From Parasitella parasitica NRRL 2501 (lineage: Eukaryota; Fungi; Mucoromycota): a stretch of 64,000 nt of DNA. The DNA is taken from assembly GCA_025201805.1 (NCBI GenBank), contig MU619241.1, positions 9,370 through 73,369 on the forward strand, read 5' to 3'. Within the stretch, counting starts at the first letter, position 1; each line of letters begins with the position of its first letter. The position numbers were made by a program, and so were the translations under genes. Under the pieces are notes generated by a model. The model saw only the letters and a list, made by a program, of their open reading frames with translations. It searched no databases and was not told the origin of the DNA. Below are positions 10,201-23,282 of the stretch, piece after piece.

Positions 10201-13200
10201 GGAATCGGACGTCCAAGATGGCCAAAATTACATCATGGTGCATCCCAATTTCCGCATGCTTGTATTAGCTAACCGTCCTGGCTACCCGTTCCTGGGCAAT
10301 GATTTCTACCGCGAGATTGGCGATGTCTTTAGTTGCCATGCCGTTGACAATCCGGACATGGTGTCTGAAATGTACTTGTTGCGCAGATACGGCCCTCAGG
10401 TGTCTGAAGACCTGCTGGCCAAGCTGTCGAGTGCATTTACTGATTTGCGCAAGCTAACAGATGAAGGTCTTATCTCCTATCCTTACTCTACTCGTGAGCT
10501 GGTCAACATTGTGCTGCATTTGCAAAAGTACCCCGAGGAAGGCATTTCCAAGATCCTGCAAAACGTGTTTGATTTTGACCAGTACGATCAAGCCTCCAAG
10601 GAGCTGGTCATTGAGATCTTTGAAAAGCATGGTATTCCCGTAGGCCTGGAGTCTGATTTCTCTATGCATTTAGGTGATGTTTTATCGCTGAACAATCCGC
10701 TGCTGTCTGAGCAGTGGACTCGTGTTCCGTCTGCTACCAAGCACTTTGCTACGCAGGTTCAAACAGAGCCTATTGCTGTTCGTGGTGGTTGGGACATTGA
10801 TGTCGGCAAAAAGTGGAGAGATCTTGAGCGCAAGGAAGGAAGATCTACAATATTTTCTGAGCAGCTGTACACGTTTGATATCCCCACCCGCGGCGAGGCA
10901 CTTGATATTGCTGCCATTGACGACGGCACCTTGTTTGTTGTCACCACCAATCCAGTGACGCTGCATCGCATTGACCCCAATCATAAGCGTTTGGACAGTT
11001 TGGACCTGTACGAGTACTTTCCTCTGCAAAGAGCTCCTCCTAGACTTCGTATCTCTGTCATCCGCACCAGTACAGGTACTGTAAAATACCTTGCTCTGCA
11101 CAATCCTTCAAACAACGAACTGCTCTGCTGCGATTTCAACAAAAAATCTGTCGTATCGGTTGTAATCCGTGGTTTGGAGCCTGTTAAATCCATCATGTGT
11201 AACAACTTGAGCTCTACTGGCATTTTGGTATTCTATCAAGAAGATCAGCCCACAATTGCTGTACTCGACTTTAATACTTCTCAGCAGCACTCATTAATAT
11301 TTCCTCAACGTATCAGTCAGCTTTACGTTGTTGAGCCCAACTTTTGGATTGCTCGTGGCAGCCGAAATGCCAATATTTACGCTATTACTCCCGAAAAGCA
11401 AGGCGGCCTTCCTAACCTTATGGAGTCAATCCAGGCTTTGGGTCAAAATGGCCAGCCTGTCGGTGAATTGGCTCACATTTACGAAACAGATTTTGCTCCC
11501 GGTGCGAAATTTGCACAAAATGCTGACACCAACAAGTTTGCTTCCATTCTCGAAGGTTGCTCCTATGCTGAATTCTTTGGTGGTCGTGGCGTAATTGACA
11601 TTTCTTCTTATATCAAGCAGCAACAGAGCAATTCCGATCAGGACGCTGGGAAGGTCAAGGGATCTTCCTTGTACCTGCAGCACACCCAGCAATTAGCGAT
11701 CATTCAACCACCCACTAATGGTCGTGCTGAAAGCTCCATAGATCTTTTGAACCCCAACACAAATCAGATCTGGCGCATCAAAACACCTTTATCGATCATT
11801 GGTTCCATGGAAGCGCCTATTCCTACCTACAACCAGTTCCAAGTAGAGAGGTTTGCAGCCACCATGTGTGAGTTACCCAACGGCAATTTGGTTACAATGG
11901 ACAATGCTGGTACAGTTCGAATCTGGCAAGTGAGTTCCAATGACCTTTACAAGGCTGCTCAAACATGGAAACAGATGGTCGGCGTTGATCAAAAGATACT
12001 GTCTGTCATTTACGAGACGGATGAGACACAGCTGGATGATCTTTATAAAGAGGCCGGAAACCAAGATAACGCTGATGCGCAATGTAAAAATGACGGCCAG
12101 GGGCAAGGCTCTGGAGGTACGTCTGGCGTAGGCGAAGGCGATGGTGGTTCTGGCTCTGGAGGCGAAGGCGGAGGAGGCGTTAATGGTTCTGGTAACAACA
12201 TGAACGAAGATGGTCGTAAAGAAGCTACTTTTGAAGACATCAACAACCTGAAACTCGTATGTATATTTCTGACCGCTCTTGCGTGTTTGACTGACCTGTT
12301 TTGTAGAAAACTGCTGGCGATGAGCCTGAGGCAATTACTAGAGCGCAAAAGTAAGTTGGGACACATGCAGTGTGACATCCACGTATTGATACAGTGTGCT
12401 TTAGAGAAATGCACGACCAGGCTATGGAGAAAATGCTGAAAAAACTTGACATGACCCAATCTGATTTCCAGGTATGCTATATACGCGATTGTGGAATGAT
12501 CTATCATATACTGACACCGTCGTTTGCGATATAAAGCAATACAATAAATTCATGGAAAACATTAGACGCGAAGTTCGCGAACTGCGAGTTATTCTAGAGA
12601 GCGTCGAAGCAAAGAAACACGAGAGGGTTTGGCTCAAAAATCAATCTTCGGGCGATCTGGATGACACCAAGATGTAAGTTACAGTCTGCAGACAAAGGAT
12701 TACCATGTACTCACATATAGATCTAGCATTGAAGGTCTTACGGGTGAAAGAGCCATCTACAAGAAGCGTGGTGAAGATGACCCTGAGCTTGGTCTGTTCC
12801 AAGACAAGCCAAAGAGAATGAACTTTGTCTTTGACCTGTCCGCTAGCATGTTCCGTTTCAATACGCATGATCGCCGTTTGGAGCGCTCGATGGAAGTGGC
12901 ATTGATGTTGATGGAGTCATTCCGTGGTTTTGAGCATAAATTCGCATACAAGATTGTCGGGCATAGTGGCGATGGGGCCAACATTGAGTTTGTGAGCCCT
13001 GGCAAGTACCCCAAGACGGAGAAAGAGGAATTTGAGGTGATCAGTAAGATGAAGGCCCATTCACAATACTGTCTCAGTGGCGACAATACGCTTGGCGCAG
13101 CATCGCATTCTATGAAGGAGGTTGTACAAGAAGAATCGGATGATTATTTCGTCGTAGTCTTGTCTGATGCCAATATTGCACAATACAACATTCACCCTAA

Positions 13201-13447
13201 CGACATTGCCAGGATTTTGAAATCGGACGATCGTGTTACTGCGCAGATGATTTTCATTGGCAGCATTCAAGATCAAGCAGAACAGTAAGCATCGTGTAAT
13301 CATCATCTATTCGTATACACTAATTCATTATTATTTTTTTACAGACTCAAAAAGGCGTTAGGAAGCCATGCCCACATATGCACAGAGAACAAGGAACTTC
13401 CCAAGATTATCAAATCACTTTTCTTGTCATCCATGGTTAAAGGATAA
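7219..13447 (+). CDS. VWA8: von Willebrand factor A domain-containing protein 8 (VWA8/KIAA0564-like; AAA+ modules plus C-terminal VWA), multi-exon
   Basis: ATG 7219. Exons give LRHLRWIMQKD, GQDIFLIGPPGPLRR, LVLDGIEKAERNVLP, GTHKGVGKS, GNQGVGKNK, VVDEADKAP and YPYSTRELVNIV, and a VWA domain with MIDAS DLSAS, GHSGDG and LSDAN. The final exon ends SSMVKG-TAA at 13447. Confidence 0.92.
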
Positions 13448-14276
13448 ATCAATCTATAGAATTATTTAAATAAACATATTATTTCCCCCTGAACCCTGAG
13501 CAACGAGGAATTGACAGCAGATTATATATATCAATATATACGTGCAGTACACATCTTTGTATGACACGACCCAAGGGCCACGCATTCACCTATACACGGT
13601 TGATCCCAGCAGTACTGGTCATATTTTGGCACCGCTTGCCGTCGTTTCTATTGTCAGCTGTATATAGTATCTCTGTCAATTAAGTAATTGTGTGATACTC
13701 GAGTCGATGATTCTTTCCATGCAGCTTAAACATACAAATATTTCATTAAACAACATGGTTCGTCCTACAGCAAACATCAAAATTGATGGCTGATTCCACA
13801 TTGATAAAAATAAAAAAAAAGGGCTTCGTATTTTGATCGAATGATGTGTTCTAGAACTATAGTACCATTATTGATTTATTTCGTTACTATTACTACTACT
13901 AATACGATATAAACATATTTATATATGTATAAAGGAAAGGTTTTCTTTTTGTTTTGTTTTTTTTCTCTTGATAAAGGAAGGCTCGCATAATAAAGAAAAA
14001 AAAAGGGGGAGGGGGATAATTTAACAAAGGCAAAGAGTTACACAGAGAAGGGAAAAAGGGGTGTTTAATTTACAAGTTTGTTGCTGTTGTGATTGTTGTT
14101 ATTGTTGTATATGGAAAGAACGAAAAAGTTACAAGAAAATGAATTTCATAAATGGAAAAAAAAAGGAAGGATGTGGTATTGTAAATACTGTAATGGATAA
14201 ATGTTGGCATGGTGTATATATATAAAAAAAATAAAAAATAAAAATAAAAATATAATCATAAGAAAGGGCAGTGCAA

Positions 14277-15122
14277 TTATCCAAATGTGCTGACAATGTT
14301 GGCTAAATGCAAAAGACTTGAAAGCGACTTTTGTGAATTGGGAGCCCACTCATGATTCTGCTGTTGTTTTTCTGGCTGTTGCTGAGGCTGTTGGTATTGA
14401 GTGTGATGGTAAGGCTTGTATTGCTGAAGATGATGGTGAGGATGATGCTGCTGGTAGTAGTGAGTTGGTGGTGGCAATGTATGAGCATGATCAAAATAGT
14501 ACATGGAAGGAGGTGGAGAGCAAGACGATGCAGAAGAAGACAAAGATGAGCAGCTAGAAGATGTCGAGAGAGCACGACGAGGTCTGTTTACTACTGGCTT
14601 TTGCTGGTCGACCATCATCATCGACAAATTGGCTGGCGGATAGGGCAGGCTAGGCATAGTAACAGATCTTCTAGGTCTTGTCATCAGGGGTTGGAAGGAC
14701 ATGTGATCTTCTGCACCGTGGAGTGAGTGGCAATACAGCTGAGGTGATTCCGTCTTCTTGTCCTGCTGCTGCTGCTGACGAAGGTGCTGGCGGCGCAATT
14801 TTTGAGAGAGATGCGTGCGATAGTGCTGCATCATGTTGTCTTGGCGAGAGAATCGACTGGGACAGCCAGGATGCAGACAATGAAAATTCTTTTCACCAGT
14901 GTGGATGCGGTTGTGTCTGGCTAAATGGCCACTGGTGGTGAAGCTTTTGTTGCATCCAGGCTCAGTGCAGTGATATTTTCTTTTGGGTTGGACAGGCAAT
15001 GTCATTGCCGTTGTTAATTTGGTTACTTTGAATGATACTTCTGACTGAGTACAGGATGGCGATTCGTTTAAAAGACTGAATGTTTTGCCGCTGGCATTTT
15101 TGATTGATAAAGTTGAATCCAT
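14277..15122 (-). CDS. C2H2 zinc-finger transcription factor, Nrg1/Mig1-like
   Basis: Single-exon 281-aa ORF with two fingers, CTEPGCNKSFTTSGHLARHNRIH-TGEKNF-HCLHPGCPSRFSRQDNMMQHYRTH, and a Ser/Gln/His-rich tail. Confidence 0.9.
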   Translation of the reverse strand: MDSTLSIKNASGKTFSLLNESPSCTQSEVSFKVTKLTTAMTLPVQPKRKYHCTEPGCNKSFTTSGHLARHNRIHTGEKNFHCLHPGCPSRFSRQDNMMQHYRTHLSQKLRRQHLRQQQQQDKKTESPQLYCHSLHGAEDHMSFQPLMTRPRRSVTMPSLPYPPANLSMMMVDQQKPVVNRPRRALSTSSSCSSLSSSASSCSPPPSMYYFDHAHTLPPPTHYYQQHHPHHHLQQYKPYHHTQYQQPQQQPEKQQQNHEWAPNSQKSLSSLLHLANIVSTFG

Positions 15123-15188
15123 GATTGAGAGAAAAGAGTTTGTTAAAGAAGAAAGTAAAAAGGGTAAAAAAAAGCGCTAGAGAGCAAC

Positions 15189-15198
15189 TATATTTATA
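15189..15198 (-). promoter_or_regulatory. TATA box of the C2H2 gene
   Basis: TATAAATATA on the minus strand ~70 bp upstream of ATG 15122. Confidence 0.5.
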
Positions 15199-15331
15199 CT
15201 TGAATCAAGGTGGCTCAACGTTAGTTTAAAATTTGATTGTGTATATTTTTACGCACTGATTAAAAAACAACGTGGGCCTGGATTTCTTTTTGCTTATGAT
15301 GCACAAGTAAAAAGTTGTTCGCCCTGCATGA

Positions 15332-15371
<40 letters not shown>

Positions 15372-17953
15372 AAAAAACGTGCTTGTTTATAACAAACGTG
15401 AATATAGTATAGTATCAAGCCTCTCTTTTGCTCGTAGTTACTCTCTCTCTCTCTCTGTCTCTCACTCTCTCACTTGTTCTCTGCCTGTTGCCATCTCCTT
15501 AAATTATTTATATCAGAAAGCTCCCCTTTTAATATTATACAACTATGCTACGCTATCACTCCTTTTTCTATCATCTTAATTAAACGAATCATATTTCATG
15601 ATCTGCCAAGAAACCACGTAAATGTAGGCTATTAAAGCAGAAAAGAATAAAATATTTTACTTGGCAAAAACAGAATGATATTTACCGAGACGGTATGCTC
15701 TTTGCCACTTGCAAATGTAGTGTATATATAGAAAAATATGCAAACTATCATTGGTCACTTGTAGGTCTGCTATAGGAGTTAGAGATATATTTATAGTATG
15801 TATTGTGTATGATTGTATAAATATACAATTCGAATCTGGCCCACGTATTGTATAAATATCAGTCAAGTTTAGGCGTCGTTAAAACCATTTATCAGAATGA
15901 TATTCACCAGGCATGACAACATATTACAGGTATTTCAGACAAATGATTGAATCAATGTGTACTTCTAAATTTGAAACGTCAAAGCGCCGGCGCCTATTGC
16001 CATTGTAGGCGATAGATCCCAATCAAGACTCTTCCATCTTGCTCACGATGATCAATATACATTAGCATGTCGAAATTGACAACACCTTGATACGATGCGA
16101 GCCCAGTTGTAAGAGATGGGGTCCCAGCATTAAATCAAGGGTTTTAATAGCAAGTAAATTAAAAGGATCTACATGATTAATAAAAATCAACATGATCCTT
16201 CTACTTGGACAATGGCTCCATCACCATGAAAACATACACAATCTCTTTTTGAATGAGGACAACGAATGATCCGTGGTTTCCACATTTGTATATATTCCCT
16301 GGTGGCTATTTTGTTATTGTTACAAATATTTTATAAATATAGCCTGATCCCTCCTTCCTCCCTCTTCCCTTTACCCCCCTTAAAATATGCATTAGGCTAC
16401 TGGAGTCTCCTTAAAAAACTATAAAATGCCACGTTTTTTGCTCTTGTTATACAAAAACGACACAACATCCTGATGTTGTATCGTATAATTACAAAATAAA
16501 CAGGGACCCTCTTTGTGTTCATGTAATATAAATAAACGTAAGAACGCTAATGAACGCACAAACATGTAAATAAAGGAGTGATGCATTAAAGACATTTCGT
16601 AAAACCGCGATTACATGATTTACCGATTTCTTGTGTATCGGGCCGAATCTATATTGTGATACAGCACGTCTGAGTGATATGGATGCTGATGTTGTTGTCA
16701 ATAGCCATCGTAACAATATCATACGATACCTTCTTATTGACATCGCTTGCAAATATAGTAATATACCACTACTGTTTGTTTGCTTCTGATTTGCCAAGAC
16801 ATACTTTTTTTTTTTTTTTTTTTTTTTTTTCACACAACTGCTATTGACATGACAATCTCTCCCTGTCTCACTTTTAAGTGGTATCATCTGCATCATTCGA
16901 TACAAATCATTTTATCTTTGATGGTATGCGTATAAAAATACAATACTGCAGCACTTTCTTGATCTTCTGCATGAAATTGTCACACGGTACCAAATTATGT
17001 ATGTGTGTGCATGGATTTGTATGCCAAAATCTTAGGATTTTATTCCTTTTATGCACCGTGGAACAAAAGAGAATCATACAAGGTGTGATCATCCAAATGA
17101 GGGTGCAAGATATGATACGAATGTGACACTTTGATTGTCTGCTTCAGCTTGAGGTTCTCGTCTATTTTCAATAGTTTTGGTCATATTGTACACTGTAATT
17201 TATCTTTTCTAGTCATCACACTGCATAAAAAGGGAGATTAGTCAACCATAACTTGATAATCGGTTTCAAGAAAATCGTTTCCGTTACAGTATATATTCAC
17301 GTTCATTTAATAGCCTCATTATGTATATGTGTAAGTAATATATGACAGCGAAAACACAGAGCAATATTATATCAAACCGTTCCTGAACAATGTCAAAAAT
17401 ATAAAATAATGAAAAGCTTAGCATTGTCTGATTGCGCATGCATTAAGAATTACTGCACGGGTCTATTTTCACATATGTTGTGCGGCGATACTACATAAAG
17501 TAGCCTTGACCTAATTTACAATGCTGCGCCATTTAAGTGCTGATTTAGAGTGGGTATATGTAGTTGTACATTATAAGCATTTTCAGCTATCATGATCGTT
17601 GGCAACAGAGCACATATTGTGTTACATTCATGTAAATGACTGGTCATTTGCACACCTATGTTGGCTCATTTCTCATTCACTATATTTCCGCTTCCATATT
17701 ATAATAGTGCATCTCGGTTTTCAGTCAAACTTTATCCATTGTGCAGGCACATTCGAATCTAACATGACGCACTCTGAACTTATTCTGGTTTCCTCCTATT
17801 GCGTCTCATGCGCGGCACATCAAGAAATTGGTCTATTTTTACAGTATAAAACGAAATCATACTTGAAGTTTTACATTGTCGATCTTTAGAGATAATCCAA
17901 ATTGATGACAGGCTGTTTATAAACGCAAATAATAATTATATCTTTGTTTTGAT

Positions 17954-18250
17954 GGTGATTTGAGTTTTTCAATACGATCTCGTCACTCGTGGAGATGGTC
18001 CCAGTCTTTCCTTGAAATTGACGCGCTCCTCCTTACTCTGATCCCTCTCGCTTGAGATCTATGGCTTGATCTTGTTGCGCGGCGTCTCTGGTAAGAAACT
18101 TATTGCTTCCCTATCTTGGTGCCGAGATGTGAATGAGCCTTATCAACCCCATAGGCTTTTGTGATACGCTTCGGTATGGGCTTGGCACCCTGGAGAACTG
18201 TTGCCGCGAACCTCCTCCAGGGAATACCCAGGCTTCCGAGTCAAGCTACT
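17954..18250 (+). ncRNA. Candidate structured non-coding RNA, family not identified
   Basis: Island of ~55% GC in AT-rich intergenic DNA with many stems: 17977-81/17992-96, 18020-24/18082-86, 18055-59/18068-72, 18118-26/18181-89 and 18188-95/18215-22, plus a C(UUCG)G at 18169-74. No credible ORF. Confidence 0.35.
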
Positions 18251-19094
18251 ATATATTAACACGGTATTATTCAATGATTTTCTTCCATATTCTCTAATTT
18301 TTTTTTTTTTTTTTTTAAATGAGTTTTATTTGTTGCACGTAAAGATGGACTTACAGACCATCAGAAGCGGTGCTCAACAATGTGAAAATATGGATAAGGG
18401 TAACTATACGGAAAAGAAAAGGATAAAATAAATCTAAGATAATAGCGCGAGGAGAAGAGGGAAAAGAATATAAAATGCATCTAAAACTGTGTCAATTACA
18501 CAGAAGATGAAAACAGAACATCTTCTGATTGCATTTTAAGAACTGAGTAGCGGAAGGATTTATTTTCCTTTTTGCTCCTGCTCCGATCCCGACCCAAGAT
18601 TGTCTTATTATTCCCTTCGCCACTGTAGAGGTACAGTGGTAGTACTTGATAAGATGTTTTGACATTTTCATGTTTTAAAGGATTTTGTTTTTATACTTTG
18701 TTTAACAACATCAAAGAATTGGACAAAAGCAATTTAGTAAAAATCAATAAACTAGTTCGGTGGGGGGGGGATGTTCCTTACCTCATGGAAAACTGTGAAA
18801 AAATCACTGAAAATTTTCAACTTTCAAAATGCGATGTGATAATGTAGCAGAATCTTTCCAGCAATCAAGAGAGATGGTTTAGTATACCTGTAAGCCTCAA
18901 AGAACAGCAAAGATAAGTGTAATACACCTTTTTAGTGGTCTTCACATGCTAATGTTCATCATGTCAATGACGTTTAGCATACATACTCTAATATGTAGCA
19001 GTTAGATGTCGAGAGAAAATCAACGCCTTTTAATTTATTTATATGATATATGCAAGAAAAATGTGAGAGGGATATACGATATATGTTGTAAATA

Positions 19095-22000
19095 TTAGTT
19101 GGGTTTGGATTTTGTTACATAATTACTAGGAAATAATCCAGAGACTGGGTTGCCAGCGCCGTCATCTTTATAACCCATCCACCAAACATTATCACTTGTA
19201 TCAGTGACAACGATAGGTGTTTTTGCTTCAAATGCTAGCTCGCCAAACTCTTTGGCATCAAAAGGATATCTGGCGTAGAACACTTTGGGCGAATCTTCAG
19301 TAGCAGCTACTGATTTCTCATTGTTTTCTAAAGCATGTGCCATGAGAGTAGCGAACGGTAATCCCAAGCCCGAGGAAAACCCGCTTGAATGTCTGTATCT
19401 GGCTGTCGCTGTATCAGACATGTCCATGCTTGTTTGTCCTCGCTGAGGTGAGCCGTTAGCAGAATCTAAAGCAGTAGAGTATCCAGTAGTTTTCGTGTCT
19501 GCTTGCTTGTTCATGTTTGATGCGCTTGCTGCAGTGTCCATAGAAGCCCCGGGGGCAGCAGCAGCAGCAGCGTCATTGGCGTCTAAATTGGCAGCATCCA
19601 CCATGGCAAGTAAACTAGTCGGCCTATATTTGGGCTTCCACTCCTTTATAGGATTGGCATAGTACTTGTGAGGATTGTTACGACGCTTCAGGAATAGATA
19701 TACAAATGCACAAGCTACGAGCAGGAAGAGGATACCGAGTGATATAGCAATTGAAATTAATATGACAGCTGGCACGGACAGGTAACGTCGGTTCTTGTAA
19801 GAAGCATTGCAGCAATCTGAAGCAGTAAATATTTGATCGACACGCCCCGCTGCACCAACGTTTGTAGCACTGAGCAGATAGGGATGCCAAGCAGTACCAT
19901 CAAACAGGGCAGCGCTGCAGCTCGTGTTGGAGTTTGGCAGTACAAGGTGGCCAGCAGCCATCAGCATGGATTGAGAGTCTGCAGGGTAGCGAGAAACGGA
20001 ACGAGCCGAAGCGGGCTCGATGGGCATCCATAAAAGTTGGTTAATGACTGAAGACGCACCAAGGTTAGCCTCAACTGCAGAAAAGACTTGGCCATCCCAC
20101 ATTGCAACGTAAGTGGCATTGTTCCTTGTTCCTGAGATTATAAATCGGTTGTTGTTGTCATATAGTAAAGATGTGGGCAAAGGGAATCGATCGTCTGGTG
20201 GAGCCGCATTCCAAACAGCCATGCTAGACGATGTGTCAATGCTAGCTAGCGGTGTGCGGGCGCTTTGATTGATCGTCAGGTCGCCAACCACTGTAAGCAT
20301 TCGGCTGTTACTGTCTAGATACATATCGTTGACAGCGCCTGAAACGCCCTGGTTGGGCTGTGTCCATTGTCTAGTGTCTACAGAAAGTATGCAAATGCCA
20401 TCGCAATTCAACATACCAGCAAAAGAGAAATGGCCACCCACGTAGATTGACTTTGCGTCGCCTTGAGGATAGATGGCATTGACGAGGCCAGGCTGGTGGT
20501 TGCTGTCAAACACGCCAGCTATTGCTTGCATTGTTTGGCTCTCAAGATTGTAAAAAGCAATACTAGTCGCTGTCATGTTGTCTGCTGCAGTACCATTGAA
20601 TTTCCCACCTATAAACAGGTTGTCTTGCACGACTGAGAGAGTAGTGATGTGTCCTTGTACGTGCTGTAATAGTCCCTGCCATGCTTTATTGCGATATATG
20701 ACAAGCGGATAGCTGGTGTTGTTGATGCTGAATGCGCCTGCCAATATGACACATGTTTCGGTGTGTGATCTCCAAAAAGCCCCTGTGTGTACCACGGCAT
20801 TGGGGTCAATCTCTGTGATTGGCGACATCACGCTGTTGCTGGCTAACGATGCCATGTTGCTGGCACGATACGATTGTGCATTTCGAATTGCGCCGAGGTA
20901 GAGTGTTGCAGTGTCTGAAAACTGGACTTGGTTAGTGACACGACCAAGGATGTATGAGGTAGGTGCAACCCAGGATTGCGTGGATGGGTCCCATTCAGCG
21001 TTATTATAGAGTCCTGCGCCACTCGTGGTCGAGTTAAATGAGCCAGATAAATGAATGTGCTGATCTCTAGTGGCATACAGGGCGTTTACATGGCCATTCA
21101 CTCCCTTTTTTTTTTTTATTCATTTTTGTGAGCGAGACGAAATTGAATTATGAGCTGTGCTTACCTGATTCATTGCAGACCACGTATGCGATTGCGTATT
21201 GTAGATGGCAACATGGTTCAAAGTGTTGTCAACCTGAGGGACCGCAGTGTTGTTGAAGGCGCCGGCTACGATCAAATCTAAATAGCGAGGGATTAATATC
21301 CTTACATGTGGTGATCACGAAGCAAGGTTTACCTGAATTATTGGCCAGCAGTAAGCTGTAGACGGCACCGTTGACGCCGCCTTGTGTCAAAGGTGCAAAA
21401 GCACTGCTGCCAAAATCATACGCCACAATGTTGCTGAATGCTGTTGTGTTGATCATATTGAACTGCCCGCCAATGTACAGTGTGTTTTCAACTGATTTTA
21501 GACTGTGCACAACGGAGCCCACGGGCAACTGCTCTGCCAGAGCGGTCCATGTATTGTTGCTAGGATAATAGTTCAAAACGCTGGACAGCATGGCGCCGGC
21601 AGAATTTTTGACAAATTCAAGCGAAGTGCCCATGATGGTGATATTGGATAAAGAAGATGTTGTTGCAGACGGGTCGACTTTCATGACGATGGAAGGCTGG
21701 AACGTGCTAGATGAGGCTGATACTGGTCCTGTGTAGATCAATGTGCGTTCATCAGACATGATATTCTGGTCTAGTGCATACGTCGTGGTGTTGCCGGGCG
21801 TCAATTCGATCGTCAGTTGCATCAGCACGCGCTGATCACAGGTGGCTGTGCCTACACATCCAGGGGTGGTGGCATAAATCTTATAGACGCCTTGAGCAGG
21901 TATGTAGGGTTTGTAAGTAGCAGAAACATCGGTTGTATGCAGCTCTGTTGCAGGCACGACAGAGACCAGAAATGTCTGGTAAATACCCCAGGCGTACTTT

Positions 22001-23282
22001 TTTGTCCAGGTGCCAGTTGTAGACACTGCCGAGGAGGAAGGTGCACTATCGCCAATAGCGTCAGCAGTAGCAGCCGCGCAAGGGGAGCTTGTTACTGAGC
22101 TGTTTGTAACGACATTTGGCTGCAACGTTCCATCAGAGTGGAAGATGCTGACACCACCCAGCCCACCAGCAGCACCGTACCATGTGTCGATGCTGATTCT
22201 AACCCCACTCGTGGAGGCCGTATTCACTACAGTAAAGTCCTGAAAAGACACATTTGGGTCACTGGACAGCGAGCATTCCTCTGAACAAGTTACAATCTGG
22301 TTTGTAACTGGATCTAGGTACGACAGAGTAAAATACTGATTTGAGCCGAGAGAAATGATGCTATTTTTTTACAGGTTAGCTTTTTTTATGACTGGATACA
22401 AATTCAACGACTTTTTACTTGCTTGAATGTGTTTGTGTTCTTTCCGTCTGCTGAATGCACGTTTGACAGTCGGAACATGGACGGCTGGATAGGGAATACA
22501 AACTGAGCCTGCCAGTAACCAGTGTTGCCGTCTTGCAACAGCCAAGGTGCTTGGTTGCAAATAACGCTTCTCGGATCAGAGCTGGCAAGGCCGTTGCCGC
22601 TGGAGATAGTAACTGATGAGTCCATGTTGACCATCTGCGTTGTCCACGAAGAGTTTGCATTGGCGTACTGTCCGTCTCCCGTAGAGTCAAACTGGCCGCC
22701 AAAGATGATTGAGTTTTGCTGGGTGTTGTTAATGATCGAATAGACTGGGCCATTAAAGCCTTTCCATGGCAAAGGAGACCATTGATTATTAGCATATGAT
22801 GCAGCATGACCCGAATACTGCGAGACGTTGGCATTTATTGGCGCCATGAAATCGCCACCCACATATATTGCGTCTGCAGTGCAGTAGATGGATCTTACAG
22901 CGCCGTCCAAGCCTTGACCTAATGTCGAGAACTGACGTGATTGACTGCTGAACCGAGCAATGTGGTTGTATATTGTCTCGTTGATCGTAATAAAGTTGCC
23001 AGCCAAGATAAACTCGCTATCAGTCAGTTGGCAATACGTCTCGATTGATCCATTTATAGTGGCGAATGATTTAAATATGGCAGTGTTGTCTATAATTTCA
23101 GACAGAATGATTGAGCTGCTATACAGCGTTTCAAACTGACTTGGTTCCTTGTATGGTGATAGACCAGCATAGTCACCAGCGAATCCCAACTGTCCTCCCA
23201 CTAAATCGAGCTGAATTTCAGGCAATAAATTATCGGCCACAACTGCGACTATGAAATAAAGGCACCATAGTTTCAACACCAT
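19095..23282 (-). CDS. RAX2: Rax2-like cell-polarity type I membrane protein with C-terminal SH3 domain, multi-exon
   Basis: Signal peptide MVLKLWCLYFIVAVVA, repeated beta-propeller motifs (IYVGGDF, GFNGPVYSI, IIFGGQF, LYIGGQF), ATTPGC..TCDQR, ALFDGTAWHPY, a TM helix VILISIAISLGILFLLVACAFVYLFL followed by KRR, and an SH3 domain (YARYPFDAKEFGELAF..VWWMG..GLFPSNYV). Confidence 0.9.

Noticed and set aside
8263-12637. Many antisense ORFs inside VWA8 (likewise inside Rax2, Tom1 and AP-2 alpha)
   Set aside because: They are shadow ORFs expected from the codon bias of long coding exons.
13816-13830. AAAAAGGGCTTC, identical to the 5' end of U11 snRNA
   Set aside because: It is the end of a poly-A run, and no stem-loops or Sm site follow.
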